In this document: in pieces, positions 45,520-58,323 of the stretch
Position numbering within the stretch: the stretch's first letter is position 1
How the letters are laid out: the number at the start of each line of letters is the position of its first letter
Source: Psilocybe cubensis
Taxonomy: Eukaryota
Reading direction: 5' to 3'
Length of the DNA: 64,000 bases
NCBI GenBank assembly: GCA_017499595.2
Contig: CM039003.1
Location: forward strand, 3,100,001 to 3,164,000
Program-made: the position numbers and the translations under genes
Notes under the pieces: model-generated
The model's input: only the letters and a program-made list of their open reading frames with translations
What the model was told of the DNA's origin: nothing
The model's database searches: none

Positions 45520-47469
45520 ATGCGCGTTATCCAGCGTCAAGCGAGCGCCGACCATGTCGTTATTGGACGCGCACTCGCGGATAAAACTACCGTCGAGGCG
45601 CGCGAGCCTCAGCTCCTAAAACTCCCCATTCCACTACCTTCAGTTCCTGTGCTCTCTCCCCTGTTGTCTCCAGTTGTAGGTGGTAGCAACAGCAACCAAA
45701 ACTCCGGTGGATCTGGTTCAGGGTCTGGATCTTCTCCGACAACCGCAACATCGCCACCCACTCAAACGACAAGCTCTGGAGGCAACTCTGGCGGGACTGG
45801 AGGTGGAAGTACGGGAGGAGGAAGCTCTTCAACCTCTAACCCGGGTGGTGGTGGATCCTCTGGAAGTGGAGGAAATGGAGGTAGTACATCTTCTGGAGGA
45901 TCATCGTCGTCGGGAGGTGGCTCGTCCAGCGATCCATCTTCAGGTGGTGGTGCTACTTCCAGCGGATCGACCTCTTCTGGCGGTTCAGGTTCATCAGGAT
46001 CGACGGGAGATACTTCGACTAGTGGCGATACATCATCCTCAACATCTTCATCTCAAGGAGACACTGCTGGTAACACAAGCACTCCTGGAGGCATAGCCTT
46101 GACGAGTGGAGGATCATCAAACGACACATCAACGTCTGACGGAGAAACCACCAACTCAAATGGCTCGGGGAGTACCCAAAATAACGATAGTGCAGACCAG
46201 ACCACTCCAGGAGCTGTTGCAAATGCCGGAGGCATTGTAGGAACCAATCAAGCCCCCGGCGCTCACTCCACAAACGGCAAAGGTATACCAAACGCTACTC
46301 TATCCGGTGGAAAAAGTACGTCTACTGGAATTGGAGGTATATCCTCGGGTCCAGATGGGAGTAACTCCAGTGGTGGAAATACCAGCAGCAAACACGGCCT
46401 TTCTGGGGGTGCCATTGCGGGCATCTCAATCTTGCTTCTGGCACTTCTCGTTGGCCTGGTAATTTTTGCCGTGAGACGCCGAACACGGTCGCAGCGTCAT
46501 GACCAGGCAAATAGGTGGTGGTTTACTGGCAAACGTAATTCACAGACGTACGGAGACAGGAACAGCAAGGAAATCATCGCTCCTGGTGTTCGCACCGCTC
46601 GCAGCAGCTTCGCCACTACAGTCGACCATTCCAATAGCTCCCATGGCCGCCAGTCCCCTGGACCCCTCTCACAAGATGATTTTATTATTCCACCTCTCCC
46701 ACCTATGGCTGAGATTGGGCGAGCTAACGGTAACGTCCCTGCCCTCACAATCGATGTCTCTCATTTTGCACCAACTCCGGCCATCTTTGAGAAGCGAGTC
46801 TCTACATGCAGTCAGGTTTCTGGTGAATCGACTTCAGAATATCTTGTTGTTCACCACCGCGACAGTTTAAACCCCGGAACTCCAATGTCTGTGCGTCCAT
46901 TCTCCCCATCTGAGTCTTTCTCTTTCCCAAGGCCCCCCGATCCGGTGGGAGACAGGAATTCGGCATATTCCCGTCCGTCCAGTAGCGGTACGTTGGCAAT
47001 GTTGCAAGCTGGCACGCACTTCTCGTTCCATTCTTCAAACGTTCCACCTACCCCTGGTCTACCAACTTTGATCGTCAGCCAGGATAATCCGATTAACAAC
47101 GTCACTGACCCATTCGCCGACAACAATCCATTTGAAGATCCGGGCCCTTCCGCTGCGGTACCAGAGCAGGCATTTGTATCTGGAAACAACGGAGGTTTTG
47201 CTGAGACAGAGTTTATTTGCCGTCCGTTCGTTCCTACTCTCTCAGACGAGCTTGCCGTGCGTCCAGATGATCCTGTTCGGATATTGACCACCTTCGATGA
47301 TGGATGGGCACTCGTCGAGAAGATTCGACTTGATACAAATGAAGTTTTAGAGCGTGGCTTAATTCCCATCGATTGCTTGCGAGCACCTGGGCAGCCGCTT
47401 CCTGCGTTCTTTGCTGCGAAGCGTGTAAGCAGCTACGCGGGCTCAGTAGCAGAGGTTCATGCTATGTAG
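45520..47469 (+). CDS. Single-pass membrane protein with Gly/Ser/Thr-rich ectodomain and C-terminal SH3 domain (Fus1-like architecture)
   Basis: 649-aa ORF. TM segment GAIAGISILLLALLVGLVIFAV followed by RRR. SH3-like RPFVPTLSDELAVRPDDPVRILTTFDDGWALV...GLIPIDCL. Confidence 0.8.
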   Translation: MRVIQRQASADHVVIGRALADKTTVEAREPQLLKLPIPLPSVPVLSPLLSPVVGGSNSNQNSGGSGSGSGSSPTTATSPPTQTTSSGGNSGGTGGGSTGGGSSSTSNPGGGGSSGSGGNGGSTSSGGSSSSGGGSSSDPSSGGGATSSGSTSSGGSGSSGSTGDTSTSGDTSSSTSSSQGDTAGNTSTPGGIALTSGGSSNDTSTSDGETTNSNGSGSTQNNDSADQTTPGAVANAGGIVGTNQAPGAHSTNGKGIPNATLSGGKSTSTGIGGISSGPDGSNSSGGNTSSKHGLSGGAIAGISILLLALLVGLVIFAVRRRTRSQRHDQANRWWFTGKRNSQTYGDRNSKEIIAPGVRTARSSFATTVDHSNSSHGRQSPGPLSQDDFIIPPLPPMAEIGRANGNVPALTIDVSHFAPTPAIFEKRVSTCSQVSGESTSEYLVVHHRDSLNPGTPMSVRPFSPSESFSFPRPPDPVGDRNSAYSRPSSSGTLAMLQAGTHFSFHSSNVPPTPGLPTLIVSQDNPINNVTDPFADNNPFEDPGPSAAVPEQAFVSGNNGGFAETEFICRPFVPTLSDELAVRPDDPVRILTTFDDGWALVEKIRLDTNEVLERGLIPIDCLRAPGQPLPAFFAAKRVSSYAGSVAEVHAM

Positions 47470-48084
47470 GGTGAGTATTTTCTCGTCTGAATAATGTGAT
47501 GCAACTGAATACTAAGTATCTTTATCTCGGTAAAGCCCTTCGACAACGCCTGCCGACGCTTCTTTTGCTCCTTGAAATGATTGTATCTGATATTTATATT
47601 TTAGAATGTCGTCATTCACAACGTCCTCTCGCTTTCAGATACGTGTATCTGTATTGCCTTTTTATTCTTTGAGCCGTAGACTCTTTACGGTTATACTTGT
47701 TGTTTTAAACTTCTCAGAACACATGCCTTTATACTGTTTATTGTTTATTCGTTTGTGTAAAGTGTGCAATATACCCTCGTACATCATCTCCTGTATTTCT
47801 AGACACTACTTGGAAATTACGTGACCTGTGATTACTCGTGGTTTTTAAATACTGAAGGATGCACGATCCTCAAGTTGTATTTTACCACACTTCTGGACAG
47901 CGCTTATATTTGGAATAGTTTATCCTAGCAACACACGTATTTTTACAATAAAATGCCCTTTCCCATGTTCTGCGCTTGAGGATCCACCTGTCTGATTATG
48001 TGTCTGCGAGTGTCAAGGAGCGGCGTAGACAAAAAATTTCTCATACAATAACTGATATGTCATTTAGCATAGTGAATCCCTGTC

Positions 48085-48954
48085 CACTGCTGGCGCCCAT
48101 CAATTTTTGGCTCATCAAAATGTGTTGCAAAAATGTCAACAATGAAAAACATGATTTTTACTGGATAAATACGGTATATCTTTGACAAAGTAAAAGAACG
48201 TAAAGACTTGAACTATTTGTCACATTTTTTAGTTACAAAAGGACTATATATCGCATCAAGCACCACAGTCCATATTGCCCACCGCAACATAGCGTATTCA
48301 GTTCAAACATTGTGGATTTTTCTGTTCGTGATGTTCTTGGAGGACGGAATATTCCAGTGATCAAAAATATTTGAATAGAGGTTCATTCCTTTCGTGTAAA
48401 AACTGTGCCATACACTTTTGGTGGCAAAAATGGGATTGATTATACCAACCTGTTCATCAACCGTGGCCATGACTGATGTTGGAAAAAGAGTTACTGGTTT
48501 GTAGTGGTTGGATAAGACCTGTTTATAGGAGACGCATATAAAAAAGGGTTTTGGGTCAGATGGCATTGTTATTTTCCGACCATGCCAGCTAACTGCGAAC
48601 GGAGTTCGCATTTGCCGAGTAAAAGAACGTAAAGACTTGAACTATTTGTCACATTTTTTAGTTACAAAAGGACTCATTTTTTATAAGCGAAAAAGGTTTC
48701 CTTTCATAAATTTCATGTAAAAAATAGGCTAGGCATTTTTAAAGCAAAAAACCATTTTTGTGTAAATATTCAGGCGATAAGTAACCATTTTTCTAATGAT
48801 GAAAATGCCGCAAATAGTTCGAAACTTTACATTTTTTTTATCTGTTAAAAAGTTTTTTCTATTTACGTAGTAAAAATCGCATTTTTCATTATTCATTATT
48901 GACATTTTTACAACCCATTTTTACGGAGTTAAATATCGATGGACGCCAGCAGTG
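48085..48954. mobile_element. Non-autonomous TIR DNA transposon, CACTA/EnSpm(CMC)-like
   Basis: Ends are CACTGCTGGCG...CGCCAGCAGTG, imperfect inverted repeats run about 160 bp, and GTC is duplicated on both flanks (48082-48084 and 48955-48957). Confidence 0.8.
48189..48674 (+). repeat. 57-bp exact direct repeat (48189-48245 and 48618-48674)
   Basis: agtaaaagaacgtaaagacttgaactatttgtcacattttttagttacaaaaggact occurs twice. Confidence 0.92.
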
Positions 48955-49191
48955 GTCTATACTGTGGCGCGCTACGCGTCATAGTCATGTGACATGTAGT
49001 GTCCATCATGTGACACGCCTACACAATGGGTCCTGAACCAACTTGATACGCGTCCATCTTTCTCTAATTGACCATACGCCACTTGTATTCAAATCTCGTT
49101 GAACGTCAGCATCCCTTCACCCATCTCTTGTCTTACAGATAGATTTGAACAAGGAGAAGGACGACAAACCCCACACGTCTGGAGTTAGATA

Positions 49192-52100
49192 ATGGCCACT
49201 GACGCGCTCCGGTCCCAAGTCGCGGCGAAATGGCAAGAATCATTTCATAGGCTAAACTCTGATGCCCCAGGAATATCAGGATTAATGAATTTTAGCGAAG
49301 TACGCGCCTTCCATCTTCAAGGCGTCTTTGGAATCTCGTTGATGCAGGCTTCGGTAGGCATGGGCGATCTCAACACAATACCTATACCCTTGGGATATCA
49401 ACAATGCCTCGCTTGATGGAGGGGGGAAACCGTTCGGTAAGTTGAACTTCGACTTGAAATACATGATAGATTGATACAACAATCTTGTCTAAGGTAGGAA
49501 AGGACTTAAATGTCGCTCGTCCAGCATTCAGCCTTGTCAATCATTCTCGGAGGCTGCCAGCTTTACTGGAGAATTTCCTAGGTAAAAAACTACAAATCAA
49601 ATGTTTTGTGGAGAATAACCCTGCCTTTGCGTAGATGATATGCGCCAGAATTTCTATTTGATCGAGAACGAGATCAACCAATTCATGGAACGATATGAGG
49701 TAGATTTCACTTGATCTTTAAATTGTTTCTATCTGACTGTTCTTTGCTCAAGGCTGACGAAGATACCGCAGAGATAGACCCGCTAATTACCAAACTCATG
49801 GAATGGTACAAATCTTGGGCACCACCTCAAGAGTGAGTGGCATCATTTCTAGTCTCTTTCTTTCTTAAAGCAACGACGTCACAGGCTTGGATCCACTTTT
49901 TTCTCCTCATACACTCTCAACTTTCAAACCCGCCTGTTCTCTGCACTCCCTCCATCCTTTGCCCATGGCTTCAAAAAGCTTTGTGCTCGCCTCCTGTCTC
50001 CACCTGATGACGACCACGCACAATGGGACCCTAACATCCACGCCGAAGTGTGGAAAAACTTCGAAATCCTAGGCCTCATCGACCGGTATGAGAGCATCAT
50101 CGCCAGCGTCGGATACGAGTTCATAGAGAACCACGTATTGAGTAAATGCACAGGTGAATGGGGGAAGCCGATGTTGGAGGAGCTGAGGGTGTGGATGTCG
50201 GAAAAGGTCGTTCCGTGGATGTTGCATGTGTACGCAAGAGGGGCATCCAATGGTGCGTCTGATTTCATCCATTCCTGAATTAACTCTGATGATGGTGTTC
50301 GGTGCAGCTGAGGAGGCCAGATCCATGCTCCAAGGCGTTGGGTCTCGGTTCGATTTCCATATCAACAAAACGCTTTGTGATCTAAGGTCAGTCGATGAAT
50401 GTCTCTCACAGATCAGAAAGTTGACGCTCCCGCAGGACCAGAGAAATCTTTGACATTATCATCGACTTTCCAGATTCAATGGGCGCGTTACAAGATTTGA
50501 AGGTTTGTCTGTTGACTGAGCGCATATATTCAGGTTCTTATCACTGCTACCTGCAGGACTGTCTGCAACGAGTTGATCAACGCGCCAACCTTGTACGAAG
50601 CCTACGAAAATCGTGTGTATAGTTATATTTGTCAATTCTTGTCGCTAAACGGGCATATTCGTAGGAACCAAAAGCGCCTCCTTCACCCTGGGGCTGACAC
50701 TAAACTCATCCTCCAACAATACGTCGCGACAATCAAGTGCCTTCGGATTGTGGATCCGCCTGGTGTATTGTTGTTCAAAGTGGCCGATCCTATCCGTCGC
50801 TACCTTCGGTATGTTTCACTCCTTGCCACCTTTTAAAACTCATCAATTGACTTTGTCGTTACTTTCCCCTCTCAATTGATGCTCCTATTCAGGGAACGAC
50901 CGGACACAATTCGAAGTATTGTAGCCAATCTAGTAGGCGATGATGACGGCGGCGACTCTCTGGTTGACGAGAACGAACCCATACAACCACTTCAACAGCC
51001 CGAGTTTGAAGATTACACTGATCCACAATGGGAGCCGGAACCTATTGATGCTGGCCCTGGTACGTCCATCTGTCAAACCTTCACGTCCCGCTTAGGCTAG
51101 TGTCATGTCATGGATTTTCCTTTCCCTCTTCTGATGGCGCTAAACAAATTTTGCAACTGACCAAATATTTCCACTCGCCTGCAGAATTCAGAACCAACAA
51201 ACCCGGTGATATTCTTAGCACACTTGTTAGCATATACGACTCGAAGGATCTGTTCGTCAAGGAGCTGCAGGTACTTCTCGCGCAGAGGTTATTGATGATT
51301 ACGAAAGATAATTCGGATCGGGTCGAGCGGGAGGTATGCTATAGTTTTCTTTGCTTCACAAGAGCCTCCTTCATGTTTCCTTTTTCTATCTAATGCTGAC
51401 GTCGTTATTCGAAGAGAAAAAATGTGGAGATTTTGAAGATCCGGTTTGGAGAGGCTGCTTTGCAGGTGTGCGAAGTTATGCTGAGGGATATGACGGATTC
51501 GAAGCGTATAGATGGCCATGTGCAATCGCAGAAAGAGGTAAGAACTATTACCCTTGGCGTGTTGTATGCTTTGCTCATGGTGGATTGCTCGACGCACAGT
51601 CTGTTGTGCACCCGACCATCATCTCGCGTCATTTCTGGCCCTCTCTTGAATCAAGTGATATGGTTATGCCTGGGCAGTTCAAACAGTGGGTTCTTGTGTT
51701 CCGCTTGCTCAAACCACGACTGATTTGCGCAACTCTCACAGATTGCAAGAAGACTATGCGCATGAATTCAATGTGTTCAAACCTGACAAAACATTAAAGT
51801 GGTTACCACACCTTGGCACCGTTCAGCTTGAACTTGAGCTAGAGGATCGGACGATCGAAGTGGATGTTCCTCCGCTCGAGGCGGCGTTCATAGAGCTCTT
51901 TGCTGATCAAGGTACGTTTTCACAACACCTTTATCCATGGGTTTAGACTGAAAATGCGCTTGAATTTGTGGTTGACACAGCAATTTGGACTTTGGACGAG
52001 CTCGTAAAAGCTGTTGGCGCTGTCGACCGAAGCGCAGCGATCAAGGCATTATCGACATGGGTCGACCACGGGGTGTTGAAGGAGGACCCTGAGAACACCT

Positions 52101-52543
52101 TCAGGCTGCTTGAGAGGGCTGAGGAACCCAGCGAAGCGGTTGTTCGGGAACGCGATTTAGCCGCATTGCGTAAGTATCTTGCTGATGATTTCTATTCAAC
52201 GACTAGTGGTTAATATTTTGTTCACTTCAGCGGTTGTTGAAGACACACCTGCTATTTCTGTCGCACAGCAGCAGCAAGCTGACCAAATGAGGGTCTATTG
52301 GAAGGTATTTACAGTTCTACCTTCGCTGAGTAACAGATCGCTGATCATTCGTTGCGTTTTATTCAGTTCATTGAGGGCATGCTTACGAACCTTGAAAAGT
52401 TGCCTCTAGATCGTATCCAATCAATGTTAAAGTTTGCGCCAGGGTATGACCGTTCGATCGAGCAGCTGGGTGACTTCATGGAGGCTGCTAGACGAGAAGG
52501 CCTAGTTGTCGTTCGTGATGGGATCTGGAAATTGAACAAATAA
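49192..52543 (+). CDS. APC2: Anaphase-promoting complex subunit 2 (cullin-like), many exons
   Basis: RLLHPGADTKLILQQYVATIKCLRIVDPPGVLL, ERPDTIRSIV, WEPEPIDAGP, LVSIYDSKDLFVKELQVLLAQRLL, CEVMLRDMTDSKRID, FIEGMLTNLEKLPLDRIQSMLK. Confidence 0.93.
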
Positions 52544-52659
52544 ATGGGTTTCTTTCTTTTTGTAATCTGCTGTGTATACTATCATTTATCGATTTTCTAT
52601 TGTATCTAGTATTTACTTGAACGGCCAATATTTCTCAGAGCTAGCGATGTGCGCACAAC

Positions 52660-53505
52660 TCACTTGATTTCTTCGTATTTCTTTAGCCCCTCCACAAACC
52701 TCTTCCAACGACCATCGTTCCAGGAAGCTATATCTTCCCACTCCTCGCTCTCCTCTCCCCATACCGCTCTCGCCCAAGACATATACCCGCCCACTACGAA
52801 ATCCGCCCAGCATGGCGTAGCACCCATAATAAACGGGCCATTATTTTCTTCCGCTTCTTTGAACCATTTATCTGTTTTGTCCAAGCCGAGCTTCACCTTC
52901 GCCCATTCTGTGACCCGCTTCTCTCCCTTCGGTATCAGGTCCTCAAGCCTCTCTACCCTAAATAATTCCTTCCGTGTCCTGCGGAAATATTCCTGGCTTC
53001 GCGGATTAAGAACAGCACATTCCTCTGGGATCAGGAAGTTGAAGATGGGCTCCATATTCAGTGCGAATGCGCGTGCAAAGGGCGCCTGAACACCGGCAGT
53101 GTTGTGCGGGAAGATGTGTGGTTTGTTTGGATAGGTCCTGTCGAGGTACCTCGCGATATCGAACGAGTTGGAGAGGTATGTGTTTGTGGCAGGGTCGTGA
53201 ATCGCTGGAAGGGTATATGCTGGTACTTTCTTCATGCCGCCCCTGCCATCAGGAATCTTCTTCGCCGACGTTGGAGGAATACCATGTGCTACGCAGTGCG
53301 CTTCGATGTCGGGGTACTCGATCCACTCTGTTCGATATGGGAGCCCTTTGAAATTGAGGCAGTACCTGCATAATGTACTCCTCCTGTGTACTCGTTTCCG
53401 CTGTAGATTTGTGCAGACTCACCTTGTTTTCCAGGTATTTGGGGACCATGCTTTTTGCGGGAGGCTCGAGGGGATGTCGAAGAATGCAATCCTCATATTC
53501 TTCAT
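52660..53505 (-). CDS. Glutathione transferase, fungal GSTFuA/etherase-like class, copy 1
   Basis: FDIPSSLPQKAWSPNTWKTR / YCLNFKGLPYRTEWIEYPDIE, YTLPAIHDP, SNSFDIARYLDRTYP, WNDGRW. Confidence 0.88.
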
Positions 53506-53781
53506 CGTCTACGTCAATGGTGGGTGTTGGATTAGATGAGTCAGGCTCGCGGGCTATTCGTGCCGGTATCCCGGTTGGTCACGCGTCACGGTAAGTCGGT
53601 TTGCCGAAAACCCAATGTGAACCGCTGCAGTGTTGAACTGGACGTTTCGTAGTGCTTTTTTACAAAAATCTCGTTACTATTGGATAACAGGATTTATCCT
53701 GGTACAAGATTAGGTTTTAACAGAATAGGTAACGGAGTGACGTAGTTCCCTGATCGACTGGACATTCATTTCCCTCGAAAC

Positions 53782-54550
53782 TTAGACAACGGTCTCAAAA
53801 TTTTGGAAATATTCACTATGAACTTTCCAACGACCACCATTCCACCATTCCACCTCTCTCCATTGATCACTCTCCTCTCCGCATATTTTCCTGACGTTGA
53901 CCAGGAAGCTGGCTAGAACTATATCGGCCCATGAAGGAACATCGCCCAACAGAAATATGCCTTTCTTTTCGTTTTTGGAATACCAAGCATCTACTTGATC
54001 CAACCCGTCCTTGAAGGCTTTCCAATTTTCTGCAAAAGAAGTGGGAAGGGAGGAGCCGTGTTTGTTGATCATATATGCTGAGCTTACAGGGTTCAGCTTG
54101 GTGAGCACGGTTGGAAGTATGGCAGGGAAAACGCTCTTAACGTTATGGTATATGGCGTCGTTGAGTGCGGATTGGATTGCCAATGTGCCATTTGGAAATA
54201 GCAGTGGCTTATCAGGGTAAGTTTTATCCAGATACTGTGCTATGAGGATTGAATCGGAAATGTAGACACCAGTGCTTGGGTCGTGAATTGCAGGAACCGT
54301 GTAACGGGGACTTCCATCTGGTTTCTTACTGGCTGGGGGAACTCCTAACTTCTCAAACAGTGGCTCAACGTCAGGTAGTTCGACCCACTCCGTCTTATAG
54401 GGAATGCCTTTGAAGTTGAGGCTGAGCCTGTAGGAATAATCAATCTTAACTTGGAAGCCATCGATGTAATACTAACCGAGCCTTCCAGACGTTGTACGTC
54501 CAGGCCTTGTCCGGTAGAGTGGAAGGTATGTCATATAGAATGATGGACAT
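53782..54550 (-). CDS. GSTFuA-like glutathione transferase, copy 2
   Basis: MSIILYDIPSTLPDKAWTYNVWKAR / LSLNFKGIPYKTEWVELPDVE, SDSILIAQYLDKTYP, WNGGRW. Confidence 0.88.
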
Positions 54551-56115
54551 CGTGTTCGTTTGTTGGTCAGGGCTTTTCAAAGGTGAGACGAGACGCTCTT
54601 ATAGCTTTGCCGTACAATAACGGCATTTTCATTGAAAGACTAACTAAAATCATTCAGTCAACTTTGCATCTTCACCATTCTCTGATAACATAACACAGGT
54701 GTGCGTGTGTATATTTCTCATCATCAATTTGAAATACGCACCGTCATTTGCTCACATTGCTATTAGGACGCTAGTGGCCATATATTCAGGGCAGCCATGA
54801 CAAGTGAGTCGCATTTCTCTGAATGTAGGCGAAAGAGGCAACTTGTGATCTGTGCCTGCTAGGCGGTCGTGTCTTTAATGCAATTGGAGAAATAACAGGC
54901 ATTCTTCTGACATATCCATGATGGGCTGTTATCACCTACAATTAGGTCGATGATTTCAAAAACGCTGACCGCTCAGTGAGGTGTTGACGTTCAACTGTCA
55001 GCCTTATCTTTTACCATTGCAGATGGCTTCCTTTGTCCCTGCACAGTGAGACTCGGATAATCCGGTGCAACAACAATACTATAGGAGAAAGCACATGCAC
55101 GAACCTATGTATCTGTTTTTTTCCGCTCAGGAAGCGCGAGTCTCGGTCTCGGTTTTCTATGGATGTAAAGTTCAGGGCATAAAGATCCTACAAGCTGGCG
55201 TCCGTCACCCATGAGGATTTTCTTTGGTATGTTTCACCAGTGTCTCCATGTCATAGTAGCATCTTGACTAAAGAACACCGTAAGCAAATAGAATAGTTAC
55301 AGACACCTGACGATTTCCCCGCTGATAATGATTACCGTCGGTGTTCGGTTTTGCCGTAACGCTCTCTGTGGAACTTGCGCAATGAAAAGTCATCCTCTGT
55401 ATCTCTACAACAGGCAAGCTCCATCCTGTATCAAAATAATTCTTGCTCATATTACACGCGGATAGTAACGACTACTCTTTTTCAGTCTTTAATGAATCAA
55501 ACGTGGCTAAAATCTCTGAAACCTGAGGCAGTTCAGAAAGGCGTCAAGTTCCGTGACCGACCGGCAATCGCTTAACTATACCACAACCAGATAGGCACGG
55601 ACTTCATCAATATGCAGAAGACGCCATGAATCTCGCTGGAGTCAATTGAGCAAACTTTCACATGCAAGACGGGACATGTGAGTTATTTTCGGGTTTTGAT
55701 TTAGCGACAACTTTAGCGACAACAAAGTGAAGAGTATTTCTTATATGGAGGCATGCTTTGTCCTCAAAAACGGATGATACGTAATAGGGATTTTATTAGG
55801 TAGGCATTGGACGAATGAAGCTTTTTGGCTGGGGTGATGTGAAGGTATGTTCCTTTGAATTAAAATGAGAGCATCCCTGGGTACTACTTCATACCGAAGC
55901 TGATAGGCGCCCATGCTCATATGACATCATTGTATGGTGGAACGCGTGTATTTCCGAGTCGTTAAAATGAAGATCAACTAAACTATACTGCATTTAACGA
56001 GATGGTGAATGAATTTCTCTATGCGGCCAACGATGAATGATTTCTGTTTTGACCGACAAGAATACCAAATAATAAACCGTCCTGTAGGTTCAGATCATTC
56101 AATGCTTCTACTTTT

Positions 56116-56891
56116 TCAAATGACGGTTTCGTAGGCGCTGAAGTAGCCACTGAGTTCCTTCCATCGGCCATTGTTCCATGATTCCACCTCTCGCCATTCG
56201 CGACTCGCTTCCCCGAAAACTATTTTTACGTATACAAGTACGCTGGCCACCACAATATCAGCCCAAGACGGAGAATCTCCAAATAAAAATGTGCCTTTAT
56301 CGCCATTTCTGGCGTACCATGTGTCGATTTGATCTAGTCCTTGCTTGAATGAATGCCAGTAGTCTTCAAAAGTTGGCTTTGGGGGTAAAGATCCATGCTT
56401 GTTGACCATATAAGTCGAACTGACATCATGTAGATTACTGAGAATAGTTGGGATCATCGCAGGTACGACTGCCTTAATGTGATAAAAGAAGCCATCGTTG
56501 AAGGCAGACTGGATTCCAAACGTTCCACTGGGGAATAGCAATGGTTTGTCTGGGTAGGTCTTATCGAGGTAGTCTGCAATGAGGATTGAGTCGGAAACGT
56601 ATACGCCGGTAGATGGGTCGTAAATCGTTGGAACGGTGTAATAAGGACTTCCATCTGGTTGTGTACTCGATGGCGGAACACCTAGTTTCTTGAAAGTGGG
56701 TTCGATGTCGGGAAATTCGATCCAGTGGGTGGTGTAAGGAATACCCTTATAATTCAGACTGAATCTATTTTGACAATGAGCACGATTACAGGATATCGAT
56801 TATTGCTAACAACTGACCTAGCTTTCCAAACATTATAGGTCCAAGCCTTCCGAGCTAGAGAAGAAGGTATATCATAGAGAATGATGGACAT
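56116..56891 (-). CDS. GSTFuA-like glutathione transferase, copy 3
   Basis: MSIILYDIPSSLARKAWTYNVWKAR / FSLNYKGIPYTTHWIEFPDIE, SDSILIADYLDKTYP, WNNGRW. Confidence 0.88.
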
Positions 56892-57532
56892 TGAATATTG
56901 AATATTGAAATCTGATAATCGATCCAATAGTGGCCAAGGAAATACTTGGTTTGTTTTTGGTATGCACGATATCTCGCATAACGCAAAGCTCTCTTATAGT
57001 CTGACTAAAAGTATCTGGCGCGTCATAGTTGTTCTCAAAGTAGTCAGCCGTCCCTGATAACACATCGAAATGCTAGTATGCGTGAGCTCTGATTCTCACA
57101 GTCAGGCATTGACGGATACAAGATTTCTATTCGCCCAGAACTTTTTCGTCATATCCTCGTTGTTGCTATGGAAATGCAGTCACACTGTCATGGAAACACT
57201 TGATATTTGGCCACGGGCGCTGTGTCGCAGGTAATTAAGGCATAGATATTGGATTCTTTGTACTCATTGATTACTTAGCTTGATTCCTTAGCATCACCAG
57301 TCCAAAACACGTCTACTATACTTATTTACCACCATATCAATCTTTTGGGGTCCGTATATCCGCCTCAAGTTCTGTCAAGGTTTGTCCCAGCCTGGGTCAT
57401 CATTCAAAAGTGGCTTAAACGTTCAACGGAGTGAGAATTGGGAGATGACAAGAGAAGAATATAGTTGAGTATAAATTGCAAAATGTGCTTGAGTACATAA
57501 CTGAACCATAACTTTGATTATTCTAATGGTCA

Positions 57533-58323
57533 TCAAACCGAAGTTTCCCAAGCTCGGTAGATTTCACTTCGACTTTTCCATCGTCCGTCATTCCAGCTTG
57601 TTATATCTTTCCATTCCTTGCTATCTTCTCTTACCACAATTCTGAGAAATGTTAGGACACTCGCCATCACTATATCTCCCCAAGACGGAATATCACCCAG
57701 CAGGTACGGCCCCTTTCCACCATCTCGCAGATACCAAGCGTCCATTTGGTTAAGTCCGTCTTCAAACGCTTTCCATTGCACATCTGTGTCTGGCTTTGGA
57801 CCTTGTGACTGCCCTGAGCTTCGTGCTAGCATATGATCTGCCGAAGGAGTGTTTAACTTTGGGATGAGGGATGGACCTATAACGGAAAAAACCGGTTGCA
57901 GGTGATGGAAAACCGTATCGCTGAAGGAAGACTGCACGTCTAATGTGCCTTCCGGAATAAGGCGAGGCTTATCAGGGTATGTCTTGTCGAGATAGTCCGC
58001 GATGACGACGGAGTCCGAAATATAAACACCGGTTGAGGGGTCGTATATAGATGGAATGGTATAGAAAGGACTACCGTCCGGCTTGTTTTTAGAGGGAGGA
58101 ATACCCAATTTTTTGTAGAGGGGCTCGATGTCAGGGAATTCGACCCAGTGAGTTGTGTACGGAATTCCCTTGAAGTTAAGAGTAAGCCTATTGTGTCAAT
58201 GGTCAGGTTGAATTTTTCTTCGTGTAAAAGAATTATAACTTGGATATACCTGGTCTTCCACGCACTGAAGTTCCATGCTTTCTCAGGGAATTTGGATGGC
58301 GTGTCGTATAGAACGATAGTCAT
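57533..58323 (-). CDS. GSTFuA-like glutathione transferase, copy 4
   Basis: MTIVLYDTPSKFPEKAWNFSAWKTR / LTLNFKGIPYTTHWVEFPDIE, SDSVVIADYLDKTYP, WNDGRW. Confidence 0.88.

Noticed and set aside
45680-46400. Gly/Ser-rich repetitive DNA as a repeat array
   Set aside because: It is explained by low-complexity coding sequence of the membrane protein ectodomain.
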